This document shows, one piece after another, positions 1-12,974 of a stretch of DNA of 64,000 nucleotides (its first letter is position 1; each line of letters begins with the position of its first letter). Where the stretch lies: NCBI GenBank assembly GCA_013239625.1, contig MU053934.1, positions 9,939,352 through 10,003,351 of the forward strand. The letters are read 5' to 3'. This stretch comes from Lama guanicoe. Taxonomy: Eukaryota. A program made the position numbers and the translations under genes. A model generated the notes under the pieces. The model was given only the letters and a program-made list of their open reading frames with translations, was not told the DNA's origin and ran no database searches.

Positions 1-2344
1 TCTGATGGGCGACGAGTTGCTGAGACTGGATTCAGGCTGCTCTTGGGCCCAGGTGGTGGGGTTCTCTTGGCTGAGCCAGGGAGGGGCATGGCCTGGGGGC
101 AGGAGCCTGTGGGGTGGGAGAGGGTGGGGAGGCCCCGCGGTCTGAAGCTGGGGGGATGTGACTTAGCGGCGAGCTCCTGCCAGGGAAAGGTGTGCCTGAT
201 ACGGGAAACAGGAGCTGCTGAAAGCTGGTCCTCCCCCGCCCATCCGCCCCTTCGTGCGGGCACAGGAGGTGAGGGCTGAGCAGGCCTTGTGAGGGCCAGG
301 GGTCTTATCCTCCATGCCAACCATTCCAGGCCCCAGTGGAAAGGAGAGAAGTGAATGGGCCTGAGCCCTGAGCACAGGGAGGTGGTCCCAGGAAGGCGAG
401 AACTGCCCTCCCTCAAAGGCCAGTGGGGAGGGCCGCTGTGAGCTGGGCCAGGGGCACCACTAGAGCTTTGCAGCCCCTGGAGAAGGTCGGGGTGTCGGGT
501 GGGAAGGGGGCCCCGGGGTCTGTTACAGAGTCAGCACAGAAACAGGTGGACTGAGGTGGGGGAGTCAGGTCAGGACCTTCCTGACTTCGAGCGGATCCCT
601 AGCACACACGGAGATTTCTGGAACCCTTGACAACAGGTGGGGGCTGGGGCTGGACCCTTCCGCCGTGGAGCGGCCTGGGGCGTGGCTGGCGGGGCCTGCG
701 TGTGTTAGTGGTTGCGTTGTTAATCATGTAGAACACAGATGGCCACTGGCTTTTCAGACCTTGAGCCATTCTTTTCACAGTTGTGCTTTGAAATACTCTT
801 TTTTTTAAAGAGTGAGTATCACCTAGTTCCCTAACCTGCACTGTAGGTATCCGCTCAGTTCTCTGGAACGAGAGTCTCATTCTCGGTGGAGGATGGATGA
901 AAACGTTTCCACAGATCAGCCCCCTAACGCATCACAGCCACACAGGCCGATGGATTCCGCCACATCCGTGCTCCTGAAGCACGTGCCTCGTGTCTTAATT
1001 ACCCTTGCAGAAAAGTGGCTGCCCGAAGGCTCTCCCCACGCAGGGAGCTTCTGGAGACTGATCTGGGAGACTCCCAGGTGCATCTTGTTATCAGCGGTGC
1101 TTTCTCCCTGTAGAATTGCTGATAAAGGGGATGATTGCAAATCCAGTCTTCCCTTAAAGGCATCGCGACAGCTTGCTGTTTACAGACAGTTTGTCAGAGG
1201 GTCCTGCGGAGAGGGGGGTCCTTTAGTCACGCAGTCATTCTTTCCGGAATGTCTGTTTTGGGAAGGGGCTGTGGTACGCCTTGATTCCTCAAGGCTGGCG
1301 ATGCCTGCGCCCCCGAGAACCCTGCCACCAGCTTATAACCGGGGCCCACAGGTGTCACTTGGGAGCTGGCACCCTCCTCTTGTTCTCCAAGTGGCAGGGT
1401 GTCAGGCCACTGTCAAGGGTCTCCCCAAAGTCAAGATGGCTCAGGCCCTTGCCCCCCCATCGGCAGTGCCCTCTGCTGGTGCCCGGCCTCCAGTCCGTGG
1501 CCCGCCTCCCTTGTCCTCCATGCCCACGGGCGGGGCGGGGCCAGGTGTATGTGTGTCGGGTGCGCAAGAGCCCTGGGCTGTTCTCCAGGGTGTGCTGGGG
1601 GCTGGGCTGCTGCACACCCACGGCCGGCTCTCTGCACCGCAGCCCCCACTCGGGGTCTCAGGTTGTGCCCATGGACACAGCCTGCCCCCTGGGGCCCAGT
1701 TGCAGCTGCCCAAAGCCAGGGCCGGAGTCCTGGGGAGCCATGGGCTGACAAGGGTGCCCTCAGGACATGTGTCCAAGCCTGTCCCTGCACCCCTTCCCCG
1801 AATCACTGGAGTAGACCGGGGGTTCTCAGACTCTGGTCTCGGAACCAACCCCTTTAGCAGTGAGGTAGCGAGGTCTCCAGAGAGCCTCTTCACATGGGAC
1901 ATATCCCTTGCTCTTTACCGGTTAGAAATTAAGAAATTTACAACTATTTATTTATTGAAAACTGCCAACTCTAAACCCATTACATGTTAACGCAAATAGT
2001 GTATTTTTATTTTTTTTTATATCACTCTTTTCCCCCCAAAAGCGGGGAAAATTAGTGCAGGGGGCACTGGCAGTTCTGCGGGCCTTGGCAGGAGCTGGTT
2101 AATTGAAGACAGGTGGGTTCTCCAGCCCCAGTCACCCTGTGGGGCCTCGAGAGACGGCACGTGTGGAACACAGACGGCGTCTAGGATGGTTGTTAAGTGG
2201 ATCTGACCTCCTGGGTCCTCTGAAAGGGTCTTGGGGCCCCCAAGGGCTCCTGGACCACACTCTGAGGACTGGGAAAGATGTCCCTGCAGGGGTGAGGGCT
2301 TTTTTCAGTTTTTTTTCTGTTTTATTTGAGCCCATCCTGTTTCT

Positions 2345-2620
2345 TTATTTTAAATTAATTAATTTTTAAAAGCTGAAGTACTGTCAGTTGCAGTATGTCA
2401 GTTACAATGTGTCAGTTTCTCGTGTGCAGCATAATGTTTCAGTCATACACATGGATACGTGTATTCGTTTTCATATTCTTTTCCCTTATAGGTTACTACA
2501 AGATACTGAATACAGTTCCTGTGCTACACAGAAGAAATTTGCTTTTTATCTATTTTTATATACAGTAGTTAGTATTTACAAATCTTGAACTCTCAGTGTA
2601 TCCCTTCCCACCCCCTTTCC
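2345..2620 (-). mobile_element. L1 3'-end fragment (younger, lineage-type)
   Basis: Reverse complement of the L1 3' UTR seen at about 53830-54080 (tgtttcagtcatacac, ataggttact, gttcc(c)tgtgct, tacagtagttagtat). Confidence 0.85.
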
Positions 2621-2789
2621 CCACCCTCCTGTTTCTTTTATGTCCACCTTGAACTTGGTTGACATGACCTAGTCCACACATTCAGGACCCAGTGTTCAGA
2701 AGCGGTTGCAGCTGGTTCCCCTCTCCTGCCAGTCTCTGTCCCTCCCCACCTCTCCCTGGGATACGAGGGGCAGCCCACATGCGCACAGT

Positions 2790-3790
2790 CTCGCGCAGGC
2801 AGGTAGCAGTGTGCATGCTGCAATGAAGCAACCTTGCCTGGATGTCATTTTGCAAGTGTGAGTAGGAGAGATTCTTGGAAATGGCAGTGTGATTTTACTG
2901 GATTTTGCGGAATTGCCCTGCACTCCACTCTCAAGTGGGGGACCCCGGTTCCCTGTCCTGACACCCACACACCGCGTCTGTGCCCATCTGTCAGGGAAAT
3001 CGTTTCTTGACGTAATTTTAATTTGTGCTTTGTGCTTCCCTCTCCGTACGCGAAGGGAGCCAGCCGTCCTGTCACATGCTTAGGAGCTGTGTGTTCTCCT
3101 CTGCTGCAGGCTGGGTCTTTTGCCCACTTTTCTGCTGGGCGGCTTTTCAACATTAGACAAATTAATCCTTCGTAATCTGTGTTGCAAGTGTTTTTTCCTG
3201 GGTTGCCGTTTATCTTTGACTGTTGACAGAGGTTTTTGCCTGGCAGACGCGTGTTTGTAGTGTAACCTGTCTTCTCCTTTACCGTGTGTCTGGTCTTGCT
3301 TGGAAAGGCCCCGTCCGGCCCCAAGGTTCCGAACCCCCACCACCAAACCACCACGGCCCCCTCGGCTCCTCCCCTGCTGTCCTTATTCTACCTTCAAGTC
3401 TTTGGTCCACTTTGAATTTGTGTTGGGAAGGAGTGAGGTGTGGCCCCAGTGTCATCTTTCTCCACCAAGCTCTCACCTGTTGAATGATGCGGGTCTCCCC
3501 TCCGACCGAGAAGGCCCCTCGCCCCAGTGGGTCTGGGTCTGTTCGCTACATTCTAGCAGGTTCCATGGCTCTGCGTCGCTCATGTGCCACCGTCAAGCTT
3601 TTAACGTGACCACAGCTGCGTTGTGTTTTACCATGTGGCAGGGCTGGTCTCCCCTCACGCTGCTGGCTTTTCAGAGTTTTTCTGGCTCTTTGACTTATTT
3701 TTAACTCATAAACCTTAGACTCAGTTTGTCTTGCTTCCTCTAAAACCTTTTCAGGGGAATCACACTGGATGTGTAGATTATTTTAGAGTT
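2790..3790 (-). mobile_element. Old, degraded L1 (L1M-type) fragment
   Basis: T-rich antisense L1-like tracts (tttaatttgtgc, tcttttgcccacttttct, gtccactttgaatttg); boundaries approximate. Confidence 0.55.
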
Positions 3791-3884
3791 TCGTCTTCCC
3801 GCTCCCCTTCTGTGTAAACATGGCTAAATACACGTGTGTGCAGATAACACACTGCGTACGTATCTGATGTATACATAGGCCTTA

Positions 3885-4405
3885 GTGTTTTAAAGTGTAC
3901 AGTTCAGTGGCGTTAAGTACATTCACACTGTACTTAACGTGCAGTTCGTGGACACCCATCTCTAGAACTTTTCCATCTTCTCAAACTGAAACTGCCCCTC
4001 TCAGACCCCCGCTGCCCAGCCCTGGCCCCACCACCTGCTTTGTCTCTGGATTTGGCTCCTCTGGGTGCCTCGTGCAGGTGGGGTCGTGCGGTATTTGAAC
4101 GTTTGTGACCCACTTGTTTCACTGAGTTTGGCGTCCTCAAGGTCCACCTGTGCTGTAGCCCGTGTTAGCACCTTCTTCCTTTTTAAGGCTGGATTCTCTT
4201 CCCTTGTGTGTAAGAGACCACGTTTTGTGTGTTCCAAATGGGCCTTGGGTTACTTCCGTGCTTCAGTGATTGCGACTTGTGCTACTGTGAACACGGGTGT
4301 GCAGGTCTCCCTTCGAGTCCCTGCTTTCAGTTCGTTTGGGATTGCTGGATCCCATGGTAGTCCTACTTTTAATTTTTTTGAGAAATTGTGCTGTTTTCCA
4401 TGGTC
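3885..4405 (-). mobile_element. L1MA/L1MB-type 3' fragment
   Basis: ttttaaagtgtacagttcagtggcgttaagtacattcaca, ctagaacttttccatctt, gggattgctggatcccatggtagt. Confidence 0.8.
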
Positions 4406-4564
4406 CCCGTGGCTGTGATTTATGCTTCTGGTCGTGCGTGCTGAACATCAGGCCGGAGCGCTGGCTGAGAGTACAGTGCACCTGCAGCTCTGCGGCTGAC
4501 TGCGCCGGACCCCTGCGTGCCCGGTCCCTGGCGCCTGGGCCGCAGGGACGAGACGTCTGCCTCG

Positions 4565-4660
4565 GGTGGCTGTGACCTCCCTCACTGAACCTCAGTTTCC
4601 TCCTCTCATTGGAAGGGGAGGCACCGTAATAGTAGCAGCTGAGGCTCATTGAGTTCTTAG
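4565..4660. mobile_element. MIR-like remnant
   Basis: ggctgtgacct...ctgaacctcagtttcctc core. Confidence 0.45.
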
Positions 4661-6404
4661 TGCATGTCAGGCCCAGAGACAGGCTTGGGGGCGAGGATCC
4701 CCGGAGGCTGGCATGTGAGGATGAAGTGAGGTGAGGCCCGGGAGCAGCAAACGTGCTTGTTCTCTGTGCAGCGTGGCTACTAGTAAAGTGACCGTGGGTG
4801 GGTGCCCTGCCCTCGCCCCTCCCTCCAGTGCATCGGTGCGTCCTGCAAGGTCCACATCTGCCGGCCTGGCCAGGCCGCCCTCCCTCCCCTGCCCAGCAGC
4901 CAACCCCATGCTGTGACCCCGAATGGACCCCAGCGCCCGGTCTGCTCCTGCCTGTCTCAGTCATTTCCTTCTGGCTTGTTCTGGTGTGAGGGCTCTGTCT
5001 GGGGTGCCTGCCCCTGCAGGGCACGGCCGGCTCCGTGGTGCCACTGCCTGCGGTGTAGCCATCACCTCCTCAGAGCACTGGCCCTGGCCCGTCGCCTCCT
5101 CTGCATCCTGGTCCCAACTGCACCTGTATGTAGTAGGTGCTCATTAAACACTCGACTGGCTCGTTATTGTGACTCCTGGACGTGTGGTGCTCACTTCCAT
5201 TCCGTTCCTGATCCCTGCCGGATGGTGAGCCGCCGCCACGGTCCCCAGCACCGACGTGCGTTACAGGCGCTCGTCGAGCTTGTCTTGTTTAGCCGCAGCC
5301 CACTCTGCCTCGGCCCCGCCGGGGGCGCTCATGCAAGAACCGTCTGCCACACTGGGCGGCTGCCTGGGCGGCTGCCTGGGCGGCAGGTGCAGAGAGGACC
5401 CAGAGGTTTGTTTGTTTTTGCTGGTTTTTCCTTTTCACTGGACGTGAGCTCTGCAGCAAGGGCGGCCAGCCGAGCCCCTCTGCTGGCAGGCCCCGGGCTC
5501 CCTCCTTCCTGGGCCAGCCCAGTGGGAAGTGTGGGTTGTGCCCCGTCTGCGCGGGGTGGAAAGCCTTCGTGGAGACAACCCACACTGGGCTGGGAAACAT
5601 CCCGGGGATCGGTCTGCGGGTGAGTCCAGGGGGCCCCGGGAGGGAGCCCTGGGCCTCGGCTGGGCCACGTTTAAGAAAAGAAGAAAGCTACTATAGGCAG
5701 GGGGTTTGGAGGCAGCCCAGGGCTCTTTACCCCGGGAGCTGATTAAGGCCACGTGAGTGACTTTGGTGCTAGATTTCCTCGGGGACAGGATGGTCTTCAA
5801 AACACGCCTCCCTCCCACTGCTTCTCTCCCAGGCCGCGTGCTGGGCCCAGACGCTGAGGCGGGGCGGGTGGGGTCCCTGTTGTTGAGCTGAGTGCTCTGG
5901 GGACAGGGAGGGGGTAGGGGAGCCTTCCTGGGGGGAGCAGCAGTGCACAGTCTTGCAGGGTGGATTGGGGTGTTCCAGGCAGAAGATGGTGCTTAGGGCA
6001 GGCTCCTGGCTTAGTGGGGTCCTTTTCAGTGTGCTGTTTGTTTCTGCAGAGTGGGGGCCCTGCCCGGGACCTCAGTGTGGGTGGGGGCCTCCAGTGATGG
6101 GTTACTCAGAGCTGGCAGCCGGCCCTTCTGCCTCGGGTGGGGTGCAGGAGGTGGAGGGCGGGGGAGGCCCGGGCAGACCGCCCAGGTGGGACGGGCCAGA
6201 GTGGACTGCGGTGTGTGGGACTCCCTCACTGAGCCGCTGCTGGCCTCGCCGTGGACGACGCTGTGCCCTCACCCCTTTCCTAGAGAAGACGGGACGGTGG
6301 CGAGGCCACTGGAAGGGGGTCCCACGTGCTGAGCCTGTTAGGGGCCAGGGAGTGCTGGGACCTGCTCGAGAGTCCTTGTTCTGCCGGGCGCTTACTGCCT
6401 TGAG

Positions 6405-6603
6405 GTGAGGGACAGTAGACCACGGCCCATGGCCCAAACATAGCTCTCCGCTGCCTGTTTCTGTAAATAAGGTTTCATTGGCCCGGAGCCGCACCTGTTT
6501 CACAGCGCAGCAGAGCTGAGGAGTTATGACAGAGGCCGTGTGGCCTGCCGTGCCCGAGACATTCACCGCCTGGCCCATCACAGAGCAGGTTTGCCAAGCC
6601 TGG
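6405..6603 (+). mobile_element. MER58A-like hAT-Charlie element
   Basis: acggccc, gcctgtttctgtaaataaggtttcattgg, gacagaggccgtgtggcc, tggcccatcacaga, gtttgccaagcc. Confidence 0.75.
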
Positions 6604-9600
6604 TGCTGCGTCCTGGTGCATCTGGGGAACACCCTGCTTTCAAACAGCTGCGAGCTGCAGCCCTGGTCTGCTTTCAGGATCTGGGCCAGGGCGACGGCAG
6701 GAAGTCATGACTCTGGGAATCCGGAAGGCATTTCCTACCAGCTCTCTCCTGGCTGGATCCTCCAAGTCCTGAATGCTGAGAGTGATGGAGAGAGTTGAAA
6801 AAAAGAATGCCTTCCCCAGAAATGAGTTCTTGTGTTTCCGGTTGTTTAGTTTATTTGCTTAGACAACAGTTGGGCTTTTATCTACCTGCTCCTAAACGGT
6901 AGGCTTTCCTTTTAGCTTTGTTTTGTTTAAATAAACATCTGTGGCCAGTCTGCCAGGCTCCCCACTCAGTCTCCTAGGCAGAGGGGCGTGTGAGCTGTCG
7001 TGCAGCGTGATGGATGCATCAACAGAGGCATGTGCCGGGGAGGGTGGGAGGCTGGGAGGCTGGGGCTGTCTGATGTTGAGGCAAGTACAAGCTCGAGCCC
7101 AGCGAGGTTGGTTTATGTTCCTGATGGGGCCCTCCTCTCGCGCCCTGCCTCAGCGTCCACAGTCTGCCAAGCGGTGTAACAATAGCTGTCTCCTGTCCGC
7201 GCTGCAGCCAGGACGTGCGACCCCCGGAGCGGGGAGGCGAGCTTGTTGCCCGTGCCTGAGATGCGGGCCCCGGCAGGCTTCAGGGTGCGCGGGAGACCTG
7301 GGGGCGGTGAAAGCTCAGTGCCGGGGATCGTCCTCGCCGTGAGGGGGCCCCACGCTGCCGCCATAGTAGCACGTGGCACAGCCCCGACGTTCCTGTCGGA
7401 CCACACTTGCTTGTGGGTTGCAGCCCTGGCTGACTGTGGAGGGAGGGTTGCAGCAGGAAGCAGTGAGAGCGAGTATGAGGGCCGCTTGGCTGAATGGAAC
7501 GTACAGCGAAGAGCGAACGTGTTGCTGTTGTTTGTAAACTCGCTGCACATCTTCATCACTGAGATTTTTATAAATGTTTGTATGTCTGTGCCCAGAGGTC
7601 TCGGGGGGTGTTGCTAGATCGTTGCACGGTCCCAGTTTGCAGAGGAGGGGAGGGCGTCTCAAACCGGACCCCCTCAGCTCTCCTCTTCCTGACCTGTGCT
7701 CCCGGACCACCCTGGCCATCGGGGGGTCACGGAGCCCAAAGTACCCTGGGCAGCTTTCCTGTTACCACGCAGGAAACTCAGTACATGGTATCTGGCTTCA
7801 GCTGTGTAGGAGGGAAAGCCCCTGAGGAACGCAGGCCTCCTCCTGGGGAGACGTCCGGCTGCTGAAGCCGTGGAGTTAAGCTCTGTAGGCATTTGTGGGG
7901 CCAGGGACGCTGCTTCCCCGGGGCTTGAGGGGCAAAGTGCGACACTGGCCCTTTGAGGCATCTGTGGCTGAGTGGCTCTGAGCACATGTGGGCCTGGCCC
8001 TCCCAGCAGGGCACTCGCAGCCCAGCCCCGGGGACCCTGCCTTTGTGCACCGTCCCCTCCTTCCCCAGTGCCCTGAGCCCGCCGGCCCTTGGCACTGCCG
8101 GCTGTGCTTGCACCTGCCCTCGGCCATGTGTGCTGATGGGTGGGGCCGGGGGTGCAAATCCCAAATGAGGGGTTAGCTGGGGGTCCCGGGACGCCAAACC
8201 AGAAGGACTAGTGGAGCTTGAGGGGTACTGGGAGGAGAAGCAGCCAGCATGGGATGCCCCAGAACCAGAAGTGCTAGGCACTCCTGCAAAGGACCAGTTG
8301 TGGTGGCCGAAGGACCCTGAGGGGCTCAGGAGGGCTGGAGTCCAGTGTCAGGGAGACAGGAAGCCCCGGGAGGGGTTCCAGCCGCCGAATCTGGTTTCCT
8401 GCCACCTGGAGGAGGGGCTCTGTGAGCTGCTGTGGCTGCCCGGACCTGGCCGGCCGGGCAGGAGGGTGGGGTGGGGGCGAGGAGCACAGGTGCGGGGCCT
8501 GGTGTGGAGACGGGGCCGACCACCTGTAGGTGGCTGTGGGGTGATCACCTGGGCACCGGCTCCTTCCAGGGTTCTGTTTGATGGTCACAGATACCATCCA
8601 GGGGGAGGGTCTGCTGAGGCTCCAGCTGTGTGTGGCAGTCGAGGTTTTACTGACGGGACATCCCACTGGCAGTGGACACTGGGGGAGGCTGGTGGGCACG
8701 GAGTCAGCAGAGTCTCTGAGCATTTGGGGTCCCATTGACTGTGCCCAGCCCGGCAGGACCGAGGCGTCGATCCGGGGTGAGGGAGGGGCTCCCTGACAGG
8801 CCTTGAGCCTGGGGAGACCCACGGGTCATCGGGTGTGAACCAGAATCTTGAGCCTGGCATGAGTTGGGGGAGTAGTCTCATGTGCCTCCTGGGTCTCGGG
8901 CACCTGGACTGCTTCTGGGGGTCGCCCACTATGGGGACCCCAGGCGGGCCTGGAGCTGTGTGCGTGTTGGGGTCCTGGGGTTCACCTCGTAGGGCTATGG
9001 GCTTTGGGGTGTCAGTTAGGATCGGGCCTCTGGGGCTGTCTTTCCGGAGGACAGAGACCTGGCAGAGGGCTGGGTGGTTGGCTGGGACTGGCTTGGGGTG
9101 GGGAGGAGGGAGGGGCTCAGTCCTCGCCCAACATCTGTGACTCCCCGGGAGTGTGATTTAGGATAAGCATTTCTTCCTTTGGGAAAATGGACATAGTTTA
9201 TTCTGGGATCTGCAGAAGAGCCACCAGATAACCAGGGATGAAGCCAGGCCCTGGCTGGCCATCTGGGTGCACACGGCGGGTGGCGTGCACCGTGCATCGA
9301 GGGAGAATCCTGGGACCTGGGACATGGCAGGCGCTGGACCGGGACCCACTGTTCTCTAAATCTTGGGCTGGGAGGGGAAGTAAAGCCCTTTGTGGTTTCC
9401 TAGTCCAGGATTCCCTGAACACTGCTGCCTTTGTGTGTCCAGGGGCCTTTCAGCGGGTTTCCAGAGCAGTGTGCTTTGTGTCCTGGGGCCAGAGCTGGCC
9501 TCAGTCCTGCGTCCCGAGGGCCTGGAGCCCAGTGGGCACTGCCTGGAGCCGGGGGCCGCTGCCTGGGCCTCCGCACAGGTGCCCCACGCGGTGCCTGCTC

Positions 9601-11113
9601 TGTCTCGCTGCCTCCCTGGCCCTCGGTTGCAGATTTCTTGCAGGTGCGGCGGCTCTGAGCAGGGCTCTGGAGTAGCCACAGGGAGCGTGTCCCACGTGGA
9701 GGTACAGGGGCGGGGTCGGTCCCAGAGCTTCAGGGGCCAGGGCAGCAGATCCCACTCTGAGGGGCCGCTCCACCTTGAGGGGTGGGCGTGTAGGGCGCCT
9801 GTGGGTGCATGTAGAGGGGCTGGTTCTGGGGAGGCAGGCTTTCTCCCCGTGGGCCGTGGGGAGTGGGGGCTGGCTGGGGAAGGGGAAGGCTGGGTGGATG
9901 CTGGGGAGGGGGAGACGCATGGCAGCACCCAGAACAGACGGCGCAAATGAGATTCGTCGTGACGGCGTCTGCTGCCGCTGGCCCTGTGGGGAGGGCCCCG
10001 CTCCGGGTCACGCTTGGTGTCCCTTGCTGTCCGTGGACCACAGCCACGTCGGTTCTCTGTGTTCATCTGAAAGCTGGGGGTGACAGGGTTGAACGGTGTC
10101 GCTGAGATGGTGTCGTCCTGGTGTGAGGGAGCCCGGTGTGGGGCTGTGATGGGGAGGGCTTCCCCCCAACCCCGGACCCACCTGGGAGGGGCGGTCGGAT
10201 GTCCTGGTGCCTGGTCCTTATTGGAGAACAGATGGACTTCTCGCCTTTCCAGCAGCCCAGGAGTCTGGGGCAGGATGGGGGTTGGTGGGAATGGGAGTGG
10301 GCCCTTGGCACCCCCTGGCTCAGGTGGGCTGTGTGTTCGGATGGCTTCACTGGGGGCTCATGTGAGCAGGCATGGGGAGGGGTGGGGTGAGCTGGGGGCT
10401 GTGAGCTGGGGCCCGCTGGGTAGGGCAACGTGTGGGCCCCGTGCTGGGTGTGAGGAGCATTCTGATGGTAGCGGGTGTACACTCGGTGCTTTGTCCCCTC
10501 ACCCCTGGCGGCCTCCTTTGCTTGCTCGGCTGAATCGGGAAGGAAGACGGCCCCAGCCTGCAGGATCGTGAAAGCCCCAGACAGGGGGCCCTTCTGACCA
10601 GAGCCCAGTGTCGGAGAGGTGTGTGGCTGCGTGACACGGGCAGCTCCCCTCCCGGGAAGGCAGCCCGCCCCGGCCCGCCCCCCCCTCCCCCGGCTTAGGC
10701 CCCTCAGGTCCTTTGGAAAATGGAAGGAAGTAGATTTACATGCCAGCACTTTCTACCTGGTTTATTTTTATTTTTCAAGTTAGAAAAGCAATGGGAGCAT
10801 GAGTAAAACAGAAATAGCAGTGGGGAAGCGTGACAGGACATTTGGGGAGAAGTTTACGGCCTCCCACGAGCCTCCCTCAGGGTCCAGTGTCACCTGAGGT
10901 CTCTTTAGATGCCCGTTGGCCACCATGGTGACCACGGGGCAGCAGCATTTTATAACTGCCTCTGTGACCCCAGGGACACCCCGTGAGTCCTTGCAGTGCT
11001 CAGAGCCCCCGCTGTGCTGCCAAGACACTCGCCGTTGTTGGACTTGCTCCTGGGACGCGTCCCGAGACGGGGCATCACTGTCCGAAGGGCGTCGGTGCCA
11101 GTGTTGGTGCTTC

Positions 11114-11143
<30 letters not shown>
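11114..11143 (+). repeat. (CCG)10 trinucleotide repeat
   Basis: 30 nt of uninterrupted CCG. Confidence 0.97.
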
Positions 11144-11144
<1 letters not shown>

Positions 11145-12974
11145 GTCCCTGGTGCCGGTTTCCTTCCCAGGGAAGCTGCAGGGTTTTGCATGAGTGCTGG
11201 TAGCTTTCCTCCTGCCGGGACTCCTCTGCTCACGGAGTCTGTGCGTCGTCTGTGTCCCGAGGCCTCTAACTTTCACCACCCTGTTCAGGTTGTCCTACAG
11301 CAAATATGCTAGTTCTCATACACTCTGTTTGCTATAGGTGTCCTCTGTTTCATTGCATTTTTTTTTAAACAAATGGTAGTTGACAGTTAGAGGTTTGTTT
11401 TTTTTTTTAACTTTGATTAGTTTTTCAGTCTCTTAACATAGACCGTCATGCTCTCTCTAGGGACTTGATAAGTGCTCTCTCTCTTTTTTTTTTTTAAAGT
11501 TTACTTAACCTTTTAGTCCATCTGGAGTGCACAGCTCCTGTACTTGGATATCATTTCCAGGTGGCCAGCTGTGTGCCCCCTGCCTGCCACGCGAGCAGGG
11601 ACACTGCCTCCCCCAGCCCCATGGCGTTGCGCACTCCAGGGCCCCCTGGGTTCCAGGGGGTGGTGGGTTTCATGTGGCTTTTGCTCCAGGGCCACATTGG
11701 GCCACCTTAGTGTTCCACATGGGGCCCGAGAAGCGCCTGTCCCAGGGGCTACTGCGCTCTTCCTCTGACATGCCGCAGCCTCCGTTGTCCTTGGAGACCA
11801 GAGCGAGCCCTGGGTCTTCCTGACCGGGTTTCCAGAGCCCCCTCTGTGAGCAAGCTTTCTTGCCCTGAGCAGTGGTGTGGGTGGAGCGGAGGCCCCTTGG
11901 GGGCTGCAGACGGGCACCCTTACTTAGGCTGTGACTTAACGTGATTTAACGGTCTGAGCGCCTCCGAGCCTGCCCTATCCAAAACAGGACGTGCTTCTCC
12001 CGCCTTCGCGGTTCTCCGTGAAGTACCCCAGCTAGGCGGTGAGGGCCGAGCTGATGGGTTCCACCCTGCTCACCCCGCTTCCTGCCCGCCTCGCGTGGAC
12101 ATCATTGTGCTGTGTACTGAGTCCAGGGTGGGTGTTGGGCGCTCGTGCGTCACGTTAAAATCTCGGGGTGGTTTTGCCTGATCCCTGTGCTGCCCGCTTC
12201 AGAGGGGGAAGCTGAGGCTCAGAAAGGTGGGGAGTGGCGGGACGGGCTGTGAGCCCTGGCGCGTCCAGCGTCCCTGCCCTGTGGGGCCTCATGGAGGTTG
12301 AGGGCCAGGGTACGTGGGAGCTCCCTGACCTGCAGCCCCAGGCTGAGGGGCGTGTGACTGGGGGCTTCGGAGTGAGGCCGACTGGACAAGCAGCAGGGCC
12401 TCTCTCACCCTGCCCCTGAGCCTTCCTGGCCGAGTCGGGGCAGGGACGCGGGGAACGGGGGCCCCACTGCATGTCCGTCCTGGTGTGCACGTGTGTGTGA
12501 ACTTGTGTGTGTCCTCCACGCCAGCACAGCCACCCCCTCTGCTGAGCCAGCACCAGGGTCTGGCTGCCCTCCTGCTCCAGGCTGGGCCCACCTCTATGCT
12601 GGGAGGGCCCACCCAGAGATGTGGCTTCCTTCTGCCCTGCGGGGTGCACGGGGGAGTTAGCCTGGGTAGGTGATAGAGGTCCGAGGTCAGCAGCCAGCCC
12701 AGCCAGGTGGGGGTGACAGGGCCCGGGCCTGGTGGGCACAAGACGGGCACCTGTGGACCTTGGGTTCCCTGAGTAGTGGGACTGGCTGCTCCCTGAGGGC
12801 AGTGCTTGGTCTCAGCCCAGGGCTGCGGCCTGGGGCCGCGTGTGGAGGCTTGTGGGTGCATGGGCAGGTAGGCGGCCAGCAGGCAACTGACCAGGTGACC
12901 ACACCTCCCTCTTCTCCTCTTGCAGGGACCCCGACCGTCATGTTAAGGTAAAGCAGAGGGGCTCAGTGCTGAAC

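Noticed and set aside
893-1990. 365-aa single-exon ORF
   Set aside because: Low-complexity P/G/A/L-rich translation, no recognisable domain, overlapped by ORFs in most other frames; expected in GC-rich, stop-poor DNA
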